DNA of 64,000 bases, taken from Eledone cirrhosa. Its lineage: Eukaryota. The notes beneath the pieces were generated by a model. It saw only the letters and a list, made by a program, of their open reading frames with translations, made no database searches and was not told where the DNA came from. Both the position numbers and the translations under genes were made by a program. This document shows positions 1 through 13,770 of the stretch, piece by piece. The first letter of the stretch is position 1. The number at the start of each line of letters is the position of its first letter. The stretch lies in NCBI GenBank assembly GCA_964016885.1, contig OZ024745.1, positions 49,786,001-49,850,000 of the forward strand. Reading direction: 5' to 3'.

Positions 1-1745
1 TGCCCTGCAGTGCTTCAGTCGACTCCAAGGAAGTGGTTAAAGTGGTTAAAGGGGTTATCTGCCGGGGGGGGGGGGGGGGGAGGCTATAATCAATATCTGG
101 AAAAATGACAGTGCCCATGACCACCCGGAGTACATAAGTAACCTATGTCTTAAGTTTGGTGAAAATACTGTAGAAATGCATAAGATTTATACATACGCGC
201 GTGCGTTTGTGTGTGTTTGTGTGTGTGTGTGCGTGGGGGGGGGGGTATGTATTTGTGTGTGCGTATGTATGTGTGTGTGTGGGGGGGGGTTGTATTTGTG
301 TGTGCGTATGTATGTGTATGTCCGTCGGGGCATACGTATGTACTGGCCTAAATCTTCACTATTTACTTTTACTATTTAATAACCTCTGTCATTTTCGTTT
401 TCAATTTTATTTACATTATTCTTAAACTCCGGGGCTGGAAATCATTCTGTTATTTTAAATAGAATATTAGTCTAACGACTCCATTTATACCATAAACTTG
501 GTCTTGTCTTTGCATGAAATTGTTCTTTCCGTTCCACATAACGACGTATTATCCTCGCTTTTTTTCCGTTCATTGCCAGGGAACGTCTTCACGAACCAAA
601 ATATCGTCTTCCTGTTTTCGTTGGGTTGCAAGGTTTCTCGAAATATTTACTTCTGCGTTCACAGATTACTCTCAGTTCAATTTGAATGGGAAATTCCTGT
701 TTCATCGATTTTCTCCGTAACCATAGAAGCTTATAGTAGCCAAAAGTTTATTAACAGCAAAATAACGTTGTCTTTGATATGTTATTTTAAATAAGACAAT
801 GATTTGAAAAAATACTACTTACTGTTAGTGGTGGTTAACATGTATTAGAAATAAAATGAAAATGATATCTGAAAAAACGTACTTGAGAACATGACTCCCT
901 TCTTCGCAATTTAAGGGTTTTATTTCTTTTGATGGAAAACAGTGACTGTTTTCGGTTTGGCATTTCGTAAAATGATACTGCAGAATTGATTTCATAAAAC
1001 GGTACTGTATGATAGTTTACACTTTGATTGCCCTGGTCAGCAAGAAGGGCCTCTATATATTAGATATTTATTAGAAGAGGGGGAAATAACTAACCCCAGT
1101 ATTAGAACAGGAGGTTCGCAATGTAAGGGTTTTATTTCTTTTGTTAGAAAACAGTTACCTTTTTCGTTTTGGCATTTCGTAAAATTCTACTGCAGAATCG
1201 ATTTCATAAAACAGTGCGGTATGATCGTTATAGAATTATTTAAATTTAATATAGAGCAATTGTATTTTAAAAATGAAAATGAAACGTACTGTAGTAGCCA
1301 AAAGTTTATTAACAGCGAAATAACGTTGTCTTTGATATGTTATTTTAAATAAGACAATGAATCGAAAAATACTACTTACTGTTAGTGGTGGTTAACATGT
1401 ACTTGAGAACATGACTCCCTTCTTCGCATTTTAAGGGTTTTATATCTTTTGATGGAAAACAGTGATCGTATGTTAACAACGAAAGAAAGCTGCGAAAGAA
1501 CGCAGCGAAATAAATTGATGAGTTAGTATTAGAACAGGGGGAAATAACTCACCGAACGCGATAGTTTTGGGGCCCCAGGGACCACATTTTTTAAGTTAGA
1601 GATTTGAAACCTCGTCTATTTGTTTCCTTGGCACTTTTTACATAGGTGTGTAAATTTCCATGTCCGTCCGACCACGTCTACTACCATTTAACCGTGCACA
1701 TCTGAATTTCAACCACCGCCCATTTCACAAATCTATATTATATAT
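1..1745 (-). mobile_element. Non-autonomous Helitron-family element (3' part runs off the window start), with internal duplications
   Basis: 1-527 is colinear with 58432-59026 apart from a SINE present only in the latter. Carries the GGGAAATAACT motif (about 1081 and 1538) also found at about 57932 and 59087. Internal duplications 726-845/1290-1400 and 880-945/1400-1465. Confidence 0.65.
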
Positions 1746-2239
1746 CGTCTTTTTTTTTAATGTATCATGGATTACGTTACTGATTACATAAGACAGTGTA
1801 ACATAGACTTCGTTCAATTTCTGTGTATATTGTCAATTACGATTTTATTTGATGTATCATATCTACATGTATATATATTTGTGTATAATATCAATATATA
1901 CACTACACATGCTAGCAAAAAACCACTGCTAGTAATAATAATAATCGATCACTATAGACAATAGTTACGAAAATCGGGCCAAGTACTCCTGGAAGTGAAC
2001 CAAAGCGCCAGCAAGGAATTAAACTCGGCATCTCGGAAGCTGGGCACGTACGTTAACATCAACGTTAAAGAGCCACTGGTCACTTATTCTGTCAACATTA
2101 AGCCTGTAGTTAGAAGTGTAATCAACGGTTTACTTATGAAGTATATATATATGTATATACATGCCTGTCTGTTTGTTTGTCTGTCCATATGTCTGTCTCT
2201 CTGTTTGCCTGTTTGTCTTTCTGTCTGTCAATCTGTCTG

Positions 2240-2557
2240 TCTGTCTGTATGTATGTATGTATGTATGTATGTATGTATGTATGTATGTATGTATGTATGT
2301 ATGTATGTATGTATGTATGTATGCATGTGTATATATATTTGTATATGTGTGTGTGTGTCTGTCTGTATGTATGTATGTATGTATGTATGTATGTATGTAT
2401 GTATGTATGTATGTATGTATGTATGTATGTATGTATGTATGTCTGTATGTATGTATGTATGTATGCATGTGTATATATATTTGTATATGTGTGTGTGTGT
2501 ATGTATGTATGTATGTATGTATGTATGTATGTATGTATGTATGTATGTATGTATGTA
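2240..2557 (+). repeat. (ATGT)n microsatellite array
   Basis: Direct inspection; similar arrays at 3171-3315 and 4083-4200. Confidence 0.95.
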
Positions 2558-2559
2558 GA

Positions 2560-3170
2560 TATGTCAGGTCACCCGTTGGTGCTACTGGTAACATGTATCC
2601 CAGTACAACCTGTCCCATGGTCGGGTCGTTGGCGACTAAACTGGCAACCCCACCAAGTTTTCTTGGTGAGGTGGGTGACTTTGGACATCCTGCAGGACTA
2701 AAAACAAAACCTGTCAAAGGGCAAAGGACCTCTTAAGAGTCAATGGCCATCCAAAATCACCGGGAGAGATGACCCCTTAGCCTTTGTCAAGGCAGAATTC
2801 TAGGAGAAGGAAAACTCTGATATAACACCTGCAACCCTGATGGTATCCAATGATGTTGACTTGTTCTTCTTTTTGGTAAATATCATCTTGGTTAAGAGAG
2901 TGGGACTGGTTTTGTGCAGTGCCTTTGCTCACTATAAAAGCTTCACGGCACAGGCATTACTTTATATCTGGAGATCTCTCTGCACTTGTCGTCACATGGT
3001 ACCATGGGCCCAGCACGATGTGTCAATAATTGTCACAAGTGTAGTGTTTGTACCAGAGTTTTCAAGTCGCTGGCTGGACTAAAAAGTCACACATATTCAG
3101 CGCATCGGTGGGGGTTCTCCTACATGGATATAAAGTAGTGGCCGTACTCGAAAACGAGTTGGCAGCCACC
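2560..3170 (+). mobile_element. Internally deleted (bipartite) RTE-clade non-LTR element: 5' UTR plus extreme 3' end
   Basis: About 3031-3090 translates to CHKCSVCTRVFKSLAGLKSH (C2H2-type finger, matching 3670-3710). 3' stem-loop GGCCGTACTCG-AAAA-CGAG followed by an (ATGT)n tail. Structured 5' region. Clade assignment is from recall of RTE C-termini. Confidence 0.55.
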
Positions 3171-3316
3171 ATGTATGTATGTATGTATGTATGTATGTAT
3201 GTATGTATGTATGTATGTATGTATGTATGTATTTGTATATGTGTGTGTGTGTGTCTGTCTGTCTGTATGTATGTATGTATGTATGTATGTATGTATGTAT
3301 GTATGTATGTATGTAT

Positions 3317-3730
3317 ATGAGGGAAAAGTTGCCTTTGAGGCATCTCGAATCGCACACGAGAAAATAAAGCGGGATGTGAGGAAGGGCATTGCTGTTGCAC
3401 TTCCAGACGGCGAGGGTCCTCCTATGGTGCTGACATGCAGTGTCTGTGCGAGACTCTGCCTAAGCAAAGCTGAACTCGAAAGTCATCTTCGCAGTCATAA
3501 AGTAAGACCAGTGGTTGACTACCAGGCTGCTGTTGGAGATGCTACTCATCATGCTTGCCAAATATGTGGTAGAGAATGTAAATCAGCAGGCATGCAAAAG
3601 TACACGAACTCCAACCACAGCCGACTATTCCCAGTAAATGTTTTGGTTGCCGACTCTGTGCAAGACATTTTAGATCATTGGCTGGGCTAAAAAGCCACAT
3701 TCGATCGCAGCACTGTTAGTTGCTATCGTG
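3317..3730 (+). mobile_element. 5'-truncated RTE-like LINE 3' end with C2H2 zinc fingers
   Basis: CSVCARLCLSKAELESHLRSH, CQICGRECKSAG and FRSLAGLKSHIRSQH. A matching 3' stem-loop tail lies at 4050-4085. Confidence 0.6.
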
Positions 3731-3834
3731 TGTGTGTGTGTGTGTGTGTAGATATGCTTATGTGCGTGCGTGTGTGTGTATATATATATGAATATGTATA
3801 TTATTATTGTTGTTGTCGTTATTATTATTATTGC

Positions 3835-3874
<40 letters not shown>

Positions 3875-5602
3875 GTTATTAATGTATGTGTGTGTATATG
3901 TGTGTGTGTATGTGTATGTGTGTGTATGTGTATGTATGTGTGTATGTATATATATATATATATATATATTTCTTTTTTTTATTTTTTTATTTATTTATTT
4001 ATTTATTTATTATTATTATTATTATTATTTTTTTTTTTCTTCTCGTGCAATGGCCATACTCGATAACGAGGGGGCAGCCATCATGTATGTATGTATGTAT
4101 GTATGTATGTATGTATGTATGTATGTATGTATGTATGTATGTATGTATGTATGTATGTATGTATGTATGTATGTTTGTATGTATGTATGTATGTATGTAT
4201 CAATATTAGTTCCTAGGTCTTAAAACAAATGATATTGACATCTCCGACAAATTGTTACTTTTAGATAATACAGATGTGAGAAACAGGGATGACTCTTGGC
4301 TATGTAACGCCCCCTACAATGTGTGCCACTTCTCTTAGTTAGACACCAAATAAAATAATTTCAAACTTAGAATTGGGCAAGCTTACAAACCTAGTTTTTG
4401 ACACTTCTTGCTATCAGTTGCGACCAGTAGATAGTATCAGCAATGGAAAGCCTAATGGAAACATTGTTTCCTTGGTCCGATTTGACGAGGTCCACCCCAC
4501 TCGGCAAGCGAATGAGGTCTGGGGTCTTGTCAATCGATTAGAACGAGCGATCTCTGACCAAACTAAGAAAAACATTAAGCCTGCATTTTCTAATACACGG
4601 TCCACACTCACCCACGGTAAATCTCATGACAGGTTATAACACCATATGAGCCTCTGCACAACTTTTGGATATTTCCACAATGCTGTGACGCAACAAAGAT
4701 GTTTAGTGATTTATTTATTGATCGCAAGAAATTATTATATATTTAAGTTAACTTTACAAATTTGTAAAAAAAAAAAAAAAAAATTTCGTAACAGTTGTCT
4801 AGTTGGCCTAATGGTAATGGTGGTCTTGGGTCGAAGGAACTGTTTAGAATAATTGAGTTGATTTATAGTACAAAATGAAAATATAAATAAATACAATTAA
4901 TATACAAAGCATATAAATAAATTTACAGTAGAATAACATAACAAATATGTTTTTAATATATACATGAATAACACTACAAATGCTTAAATAACATTATGAA
5001 TTGCTCGCGATTCTTTCAGAAGGATATATTCCTTTAATGTTGCAATATTAAAGAAAATATAATAAAGGAAGGGGTGAACAACCGAGCCAAACACCAGAGC
5101 AAAAGACAGCAGCATTGCGTGGAGTACTGGGCAACCTCTCTAATAATTTTAGAATAGAATGTGACACACCCGAGACGATAAAGAGGGTAAAGCGACTGAT
5201 TGTAAAAGACTCACTCATCAACACAACAGCTAGTGCAACCTTTTCACTATGAAGGATCTCTTTTATTTGAACGAATGTTCTTGCTGATCCCCAACTTTTG
5301 TAATGACCCCTCGCCAAAATTGTTATATAGTGAGGATAGCAATCGAAAACGTGAAAGGTTTATACTTAGAGAATAAAGGATACCTAACACCATATTTTGT
5401 AGAGATACATTTTCGAAGAGGTAGATTAGATTTGTTTATAAAAACAAATTATCATTTTCCCTCACAAAAGTATCGGAAGTAGTTTGTGATGTTAAAAAAA
5501 AAGACTACCTCTTGAGAAATATGGTCATCAAAAGGTATAAAAGCTTTTAGCGAGAGGGATAACAAGATATAGATAGAAAGACATATATATATATATATAT
5601 AT

Positions 5603-7258
5603 ATGGATGTTGTGTCCCTGTATCCATCTATTGACGTGGATTTTGCTGTGGAGAAATGCGTCGAAATGATCAGCGAGAGCAAGGTTGAGTTCCGTGGGAT
5701 TGATACCAGTGAGCTGGGACTTCTACTTAAGCTTACCCATAGTATTAGTTACCTAGACACTTATGACCTTAGCAACCTGTGCCCTACAAGACCAGCAAGA
5801 GGCAGACCACCTACCATTACCTCAATAGCCAAGAAAACCCACACAGATAGATGGAACGGGTGGACCAGAGCCATACGGACACCCGAAAACCACGATGAAC
5901 TGAAGAAAATGATTGCACATGCGGTAGGGGCCAGCATAAAATTAACCCTTAAGGAACATATGTTCAAATTTAATGGTAAAACATATGCCCAAGAGGAAGG
6001 AGCAGCCATTGGTGTTAGCATTGCAGGCGACATAGCTAACTTGTTCATGGTATGGTGGGACAGTAGACTTAAACAAAAACTTAAAGAACAATTAGAAGAC
6101 AGCTTAACCCTGATAATGTACTCCCGCTACGTAGATGATATAAACATCGTAGTTAAGACACCCCCACTAAAGAACAGTCAGGAACCAGAGAAAAACACAA
6201 TGGAAAGCAACCAGCAAATAGCAAACTCCATCCACCAGAGCATTAGAGTTACTATAGACTACCCAAGTAGACACCCCAACCATCGATTACCTGTACTAGA
6301 CACAGAGCTCTGGTTAGATACTATTAACAACCAAAAACAAATCCTCCATTCCCATTATGCCAAACCCATGACTTCCAAACATCTGATCCACCGAAACTCG
6401 GCCATTTCGGACCATACCAAAATCAACATACTGATTGCGGATTTGATACGGGTGATGAGAAATGTGTCCCGCATGTGCAACCCCGAAGAACTAGAGAGAC
6501 ACATACAACACTTCATCCACCGTATGCAGTTCTCTGGCTACAATCAGAGAGATAGAATCAGAGTGTATAAAGGAGCCAGAACCAAATGGGAAAAAATGGT
6601 AAATAATGACATAAATGGGACCTGCCCCTTGTATAGGAGCAAATTTTGGAATAGAATAGAAAGAACTAAGAACAAGGCCAATAGAATAAACTCATGGTAT
6701 GATAGCAATAAATACCAGAGTGTAATGTTCATCAATACAACCCCTAGAGGCGAACTAGCCTACAAATTTAGAAGGGCCCTAAAGAAACATAATCTCAATA
6801 TTAAGATAGTAGAAAGACCTGGTACCTCCGTAAAAACACTTATTAGCAAGACATACCCGTTCCAAAGACCCTCATGTATAGATAAGAAATGTATAACCTG
6901 TAAAATAAGCCCCCATATTAACTGTAAAACTAGAAATGTAGTATATAGCATAAGATGTACTGAAGGACAATGTAGAAACAAAAATATAGTGTACATAGGT
7001 GAGACAGCTCGTAGTATAGGGGAACGAATAAATGAACACTGGCGAGACCTCCAAGATAGTAAAGAATCATCTGTGCTCTACCAACATGCTAAGATAGAAC
7101 ACAGGGGTAAATTAGAGAGCATAGAAATAAAAATAGAATCCACACACAAGAAAGACGCAATGTTTAGGCAAATTACAGAGGCAGTAAGCATAAAAGAATT
7201 AAAACCAAAATTAAATAGAAAATATGAGTGGAACAGCAACATCACAACTTACAATTAA
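5603..7258 (+). CDS. Penelope-like element ORF (5'-truncated RT plus GIY-YIG endonuclease), probably Naiad clade
   Basis: 551-aa uninterrupted ORF with RT motifs DVVSLYPSI, GAAIG and YSRYVDD. Cys-rich linker CxxxxCxxC, then VVYSIRCTEGQC..YIGETARS GIY-YIG motif. Confidence 0.9.
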   Translation: MDVVSLYPSIDVDFAVEKCVEMISESKVEFRGIDTSELGLLLKLTHSISYLDTYDLSNLCPTRPARGRPPTITSIAKKTHTDRWNGWTRAIRTPENHDELKKMIAHAVGASIKLTLKEHMFKFNGKTYAQEEGAAIGVSIAGDIANLFMVWWDSRLKQKLKEQLEDSLTLIMYSRYVDDINIVVKTPPLKNSQEPEKNTMESNQQIANSIHQSIRVTIDYPSRHPNHRLPVLDTELWLDTINNQKQILHSHYAKPMTSKHLIHRNSAISDHTKINILIADLIRVMRNVSRMCNPEELERHIQHFIHRMQFSGYNQRDRIRVYKGARTKWEKMVNNDINGTCPLYRSKFWNRIERTKNKANRINSWYDSNKYQSVMFINTTPRGELAYKFRRALKKHNLNIKIVERPGTSVKTLISKTYPFQRPSCIDKKCITCKISPHINCKTRNVVYSIRCTEGQCRNKNIVYIGETARSIGERINEHWRDLQDSKESSVLYQHAKIEHRGKLESIEIKIESTHKKDAMFRQITEAVSIKELKPKLNRKYEWNSNITTYN

Positions 7259-7751
7259 GGACAAAATGAAAACACACACACACATAGAACAAACAACTTA
7301 CAATTGAAAACACACACAAAATGAAAACACACACAAGACAAAATGAAAACACACACACACATAGAACAAACAACCAACCAACAATAAATAAATAAATAAA
7401 CAAACAAATATAAATAGAAAAATAGAAAAATGAACACAAACACACACAGACACCCGGATGTGGCGCATGCGCAAACTGAGCACGCAACCCACACACAAAC
7501 AAAATGGCGTAGGATAGAAGAAAGGAAAGGCACAGAAACGAAGAAAGAAATCCCCAGTCACTGAAGAGGTCACAGAGTGTGTGACGAAAGAACTATGACT
7601 ATATATATATAAACAACTATCTGGTTGTGGAACCAACCAACCAACCAGAAATTTATAAATTTGTAAATTTATAAATATATATTAAATTAAATTGAAGTGA
7701 AAGCAACTGGTGCGTGTGTTTCTTATTGGCAACATGACCCTCCCAAAGTAT

Positions 7752-7756
<5 letters not shown>
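7259..7756 (+). mobile_element. 3' UTR / pseudo-LTR of the Penelope-like element
   Basis: Contains a hammerhead motif. Ends ATGACCCTCCCAAAGTATAAC like the pLTRs at about 18980 and 46500, followed by (TA)n. Confidence 0.8.
7556..7600 (+). ncRNA. Minimal type I hammerhead ribozyme
   Basis: AGTCA-CTGAAGA-G-GTCACA/GAGTG/TGTGAC-GAAA-GAAC-TA-TGACT: stems I and II pair perfectly and the core is intact. Confidence 0.8.
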
Positions 7757-7845
<89 letters not shown>

Positions 7846-8199
7846 TCTGAGCTTAGCTGTGATCTGAACATATTGCTGATGATGAAGGTGAGAACATGAT
7901 GTCCTCAACAAATGTCAATAGTATTGAGAAGATGCCAATGTAATGTCTGTCTTTATGTTAATCAACTTGTCTGAATTAATGTAGTTGCTGGCGGATATTG
8001 GCTGACATTATTTCGCTTCCACCTACCTGTCATTTTTTAAACAAATGAAAGACCCTTTCCTCACGGGAATATAGTTAAATGTCAACTAAAACGGAGACAA
8101 ACAACGAATGATAACGAGAAGCTGCTTTCTGAAATAAATCTTATGTTTAACCCTTGTTATCTGTCTCTACAATATATTGTTGCTGTTGTAAGTGGACGC

Positions 8200-8560
8200 T
8201 GCATTGCCAAACGGTTAACAAGTTCGTTTCTCAATCATTAGGTTCCTCGTTCGATGCTACTACGTGGTATGTTGGACAAGTGTCATTTACCGCAGTCTCG
8301 GATCTCCCCATGCCTTCTGTGTGAAATTGGACAGACGGAAACTATTTGGAAGCTCTTCGGTTGGACTCTACCTGTAATTCAAAGGGTCAGCCTTGTCGCA
8401 CACTGAGTCCCGCTGAATCTCCCTGAGAATTTACGTTAAAGGCACAAGTGTCTGTAGAATGCTCCGTCGTTAATTTCACGTTAATTCCACGAGCAGGCTG
8501 TTTCATTAATAGAACAATTGGAATGATCATTGTCGAAACCAATGGAGATCCTTCCACTAT
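8200..8560 (+). mobile_element. Degenerate tRNA-type SINE cluster
   Basis: B-box-like GTTCGATGC; similar segments at 37900-38200 (-), 41070-41230 (-) and 41690-41820 (+). Confidence 0.45.
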
Positions 8561-9200
8561 ATTTGGAACTTCATCGGTTACGACTAAAAGTGTTCTACTA
8601 GTGAGCCGAGCACACTAACCACGAAGTGACACGTTTTCACAAAAATAATTATAATACTGAATAACTTTTTAGTGAAATTTGATTGACGAAACTGTAGAGG
8701 GGCGGAGGCGTCGGAGAAGTGGTAGGGAAATTAAATCTGTCACCCAGTCTAACATAACAACCTGGCCAGCTACAGTCATACTTTGTATTCATTAGTGTGG
8801 TTTTTGATAGCCTGGAGAAGATTATAGGACATGATTGGTTAAGGGTGATTAGAGTTTGGGCTCTTGTTTGTAAGGTCAGGAATTCGATCCCGCACCGAGC
8901 AGCGCGTTGTGTCTTTGAACAAAACATATACTAGAGCGCACTCTACTGCGAGTTATAGGATCAGGCCCCCGGTCTTAGAATGTCTCTTCATTTCTCATTT
9001 CTCCGACCAGCCACAGTTTCACTGAAATGGGTGATGGATATTGCCCTTTCTACTCTAACAAAAAACAAAAAACTCGATCAGCTATAAGTAGCCATCACAT
9101 TTCCCTCAAATTATACTCACTGTATATACAAAAGACGATATTATCTATCTATATATCCTCTTCCTCTCTTTCTCCCCCTCTCTCTCTACATACATACATA

Positions 9201-12200
9201 CAATAGTCAGTCAACGCGATCAGTCGCATATTTTGGTGTAGGAGACTATTCATTAAATTTAAGATGAATACTATCTCCGACAGTAATGCCACAACTACCA
9301 GTCATATTGAATAACTGGATATTCTTCTAACTCTATCTACTGAAGACACCTTTTATTCGAATTCGTAGAGATATCCGACTAAATACATAATTCATTTTAC
9401 AAGGTTTTGCTACAAACTGCATGGCTGAACACAACATCAACAACAACAACATCAGTCGAAAGAAAAACGAGAAAGGTAAACAAAATTTATTCAGTTGTAG
9501 CTACAGAAGTAACCGAAATTATAAATCGCATTTCTCTTGGAGTTGTACCATCTAAGTCTACCTCGAATGCACTATCAATAATAATAATAATCGAAGAAAT
9601 TTGACACCACGTGTACCATCCGAGTCTACCTCGATTATTGTGGAAAATACTATCGATAATGATAATAATCAAAAGTATAAACAATTGAAAATTTCCCTTA
9701 ACGAAATCTTCCAGAGAGAAATTAATTCATCTATAAACATTTCTCTTGCTGAACGTATTAAAACAACAATATTTAATAAAAAGCCAAATAATGAAATATT
9801 ACGTGTTATTGGTGAAATAGGGGATGAATATTTACGACGGATAAAAACCCCAACATTTTGGAAAATCAACGCCTGTTTATATGCCTTAGCAACGACAGTG
9901 AAGCATTATCTTGGTGATAGCAGAGATATTAACAAGAACAAACCACCAAAAATACCATCATATATAACTAAAATAGAAAAAATGATTGCTGACCTACGAA
10001 AAACCATAGGATATGTGACAATGCTCCTTACATATAAACAAACACAAACAAACTTCACCCCTCACCAACAAAGAGTGAAAAATAAAATAGAGACGATGTT
10101 TAGTAACAGTAGAATCAGAACTCTTCAATATAAGCTTATCACTCTCAAACAAGAATTGAGAGCTGTTAGCGAAAAACGCCGATACCTGAAGAAGGTAGAT
10201 GAAAGAAAAGTGCTTAATAAAAGATTCAGACGAAACCAAACATCAGTCTATAGAGATATGAAGGGCAAAATAATAAGTGTCACTGAGGCCCCATCCCAGA
10301 AAGACAGATTCCTTTTGGAGAAAAATATGGGGTGAAAAGAAGAATTTCAACCAAGATGCAGTGTGGCTAAAAGAAATCCAAAAGAACTATTGCTCCTACA
10401 CTACAACAAAAACATACGAAATAAGTGAGGGTACCCTTGAGACTGTGATAGGAAAACTCAAAGATAAGAAAACACCAAGAAGAGACATGATTGTCGGCTA
10501 CTGGTACAAAAAACTGATATTCTATCGGAGGTATCTTACCGACCTCTACCAACAAGTTCTTAAGGGAGATACACTTATACCAGAATGGTTGGCATTAGCA
10601 CAAATATTACTGGTCCCCGAGAACAAAGATACCCACTTGGCAAAAAACTACCGACCCATTGCATGCCAGAACCTGATGTATACGATGTATACAGCCTGCC
10701 TAAACCTATTCCTCCAAGATCACTGTGAAAATAATAACATCATCACAGATGAACAAGTAGCTGGAAAGAAAGGGGTTTGGGGATGTGCTGAACAACTCCT
10801 AATCAACAAAACTGCGATGTCGAAGGTGCGACAACTTAGGAAGAATATGGCTACAGTCTGGCTGGACCACAGGAAAGCTTTCGATTCTGTTCCCAACTCT
10901 TGGATGATAGAGGCCCTCCAACTTGCTCAAGTCCCAGACATTATTGTCAGAGCCATAGAGAAGCTGTCTTCTTCTTGGGCTACTATCCTAAAGTTAAAGA
11001 CAGAGAAGGAGGACTCTATTTTCTATAAAATAAAATATTGCAGGAGTATATTTCAGGGAGACAGTCTCTCTGTGATATTATTCATCCTGTCATTAAACCC
11101 CTTGTCTTTTCTGCTCAAGGAATGTGAGGGATACATCATTGGCTCACAGGAGGAGAGAAATATGAACCTAACCCATAATTTCTTTGTGGATGATCTGAAA
11201 CTCTATGCCAAGAACATGGATGGGATGAAGAAAAATCTTGACCTGGTTACAACATTCTCAAAGGATATAGGAATGGAGTTTGGTCAAGATAAATGCTCAT
11301 ATATGACTGTAAAGCGGGGAAAAACAACAACCCAATCTAGCAACTTTGTCATCAATGGCCTAACTGTTTCACCGATATCTGATGAGGACTGCTACAGAAA
11401 CCTGGGGATAGATGAGAACATATCCTATAATGGTAACTGTAATAAGGAACGTGTAACCAGGGAATACTACACCCGATTAAGAAAAATATGGTCATCGGAA
11501 CTCTCTGTGGCTCACAATGTGTTTGCTGTGCCTGTCCTAACACCAACGTTTGGAATACTCAATTGGACGATAGACGAAATCCGAGCAATTGATGTTGGAA
11601 CTCGAAAAATACTAAACAACACCGGAAACTTCCACATCAACAGTGACATAGACCGCCTTTACTTGAAACATAAGTAGGGAGGCAGAGGCCTAACATCAGT
11701 CCAGGCAGCTTTTGAATGTCGCATCATATCCCTCCGACAACATCTACGAACCTCGAAGCGTAGGAGCCCGTCTCTCGAGCAAGTCTATCTGCATGAAACA
11801 GATAAGATCATGGGAGTTGGGAAGGAACTCCTCGAGAGATATTTCCTATGTGATAATCAAAAACTCACACACAGGCAAGTCGCTCAGCAGTATCGCAGTG
11901 AATCCATGGATGAAAAACTGCATGCTTATCAGCAAAAAAATCATGCATGGATATGTTGCCAGGAAGCTCCAGAGTGAGAGTAATATAGATAAAGAAAGTA
12001 GTCTATCTTGGACCAACAACCGCTATATTGGCTCCCACTTTGAAGGATACGCTTTTGCAATCCAAGAACAGAAAATCAACACGAAATACCTGATTCACAA
12101 GATAGGGATGCAGGCAAAAACCTAGATGTGATAACACGTGCAGACTCTGCAGAATTAACATCGAAGATGTCACCCATGTCATAAGCAGCTGCCCAAAGAT

Positions 12201-12957
12201 GTCATCGCGGTACTATCTACCGATGAGGCATGATGTAGTGGCCAAAACACTGTACAATGCAATCCGTAGAAAAGATAGCCTCGATAATAAACACATTAAA
12301 AGCTACAGCAATGTGGAAGACATACATATACATAATATGAAAGAGTACTGGTGGAATGTTCCAGTAAAAACCCCAATAAAATGCAGGCATAACAGACCAG
12401 ATATTATGATATGGGACAGAGAAAAGAAGACATGCATGTGGAAGTTAGCTGCCCAGCAGATGCCAATATAATATCAAAGATTAGCGAAAAGGAGAATATT
12501 TATGCAGAACTGATGAGAAATCTGTAGATACTCCACTCTGATTATACCTTCAGATTTATGCCTGTGATTATTGGGGCACTGGGATATGTTAATAACTGCC
12601 TCAATACAAATCTTGAGAAGCTGGGCTTCACAGGAACAGAAAGAACACACCCTAGTTAGGAAATTACAAGTACAATCCATTAATGGAACAGTAAAAATAT
12701 GTAAAACATTCCAAAGATTTTGCATCTAATAACTGCATATACACATGTACAGATACAAAGCATATACACATGCACACATACAACTCAAAACACCCACATC
12801 CACACATACAATAACATCCATATCTACACATGCATGCATACATACATATCTACCTAGTCGATGTTGTGTAAATTCCAATGAGAGAGCCTTGTGTCTATGT
12901 TAGAAACCGACTCTCTCTCTATGGGCAAAAATTTGTGAAATTATAAAACCAGAAGAA
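9201..12957 (+). mobile_element. Near full-length R4/Dong-clade non-LTR retrotransposon (RT plus restriction-like endonuclease), frameshifted
   Basis: ORF pieces 9601-10335, 10277-11677 (NYRPIAC, KAFDSVP, IFQGDSLS, FVDDLKLY) and 12130-12725 (CRLC..HVISSC CCHC, RHD, RPDI..VEVSCP). Flanked by (CATA)n on both sides. Confidence 0.88.
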
Positions 12958-12986
12958 CATACATACATACACACACACGCGCACGC

Positions 12987-13770
<784 letters not shown>

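Noticed and set aside
1995-4223. Long YVCM / YIHT ORFs
   Set aside because: Translations of (ATGT)n and (ATT)n microsatellites.
4560-4630. Minus-strand TVGECGPCIRKCRLNVFLSL resembling an insulin A chain
   Set aside because: No adjacent CC pair and no terminal Cys.
8143-8193. MFNPCYLSLQYIVAV|GTAAGT as the missing signal-peptide exon
   Set aside because: Too short and weakly hydrophobic, and its phase does not match the preferred acceptor.
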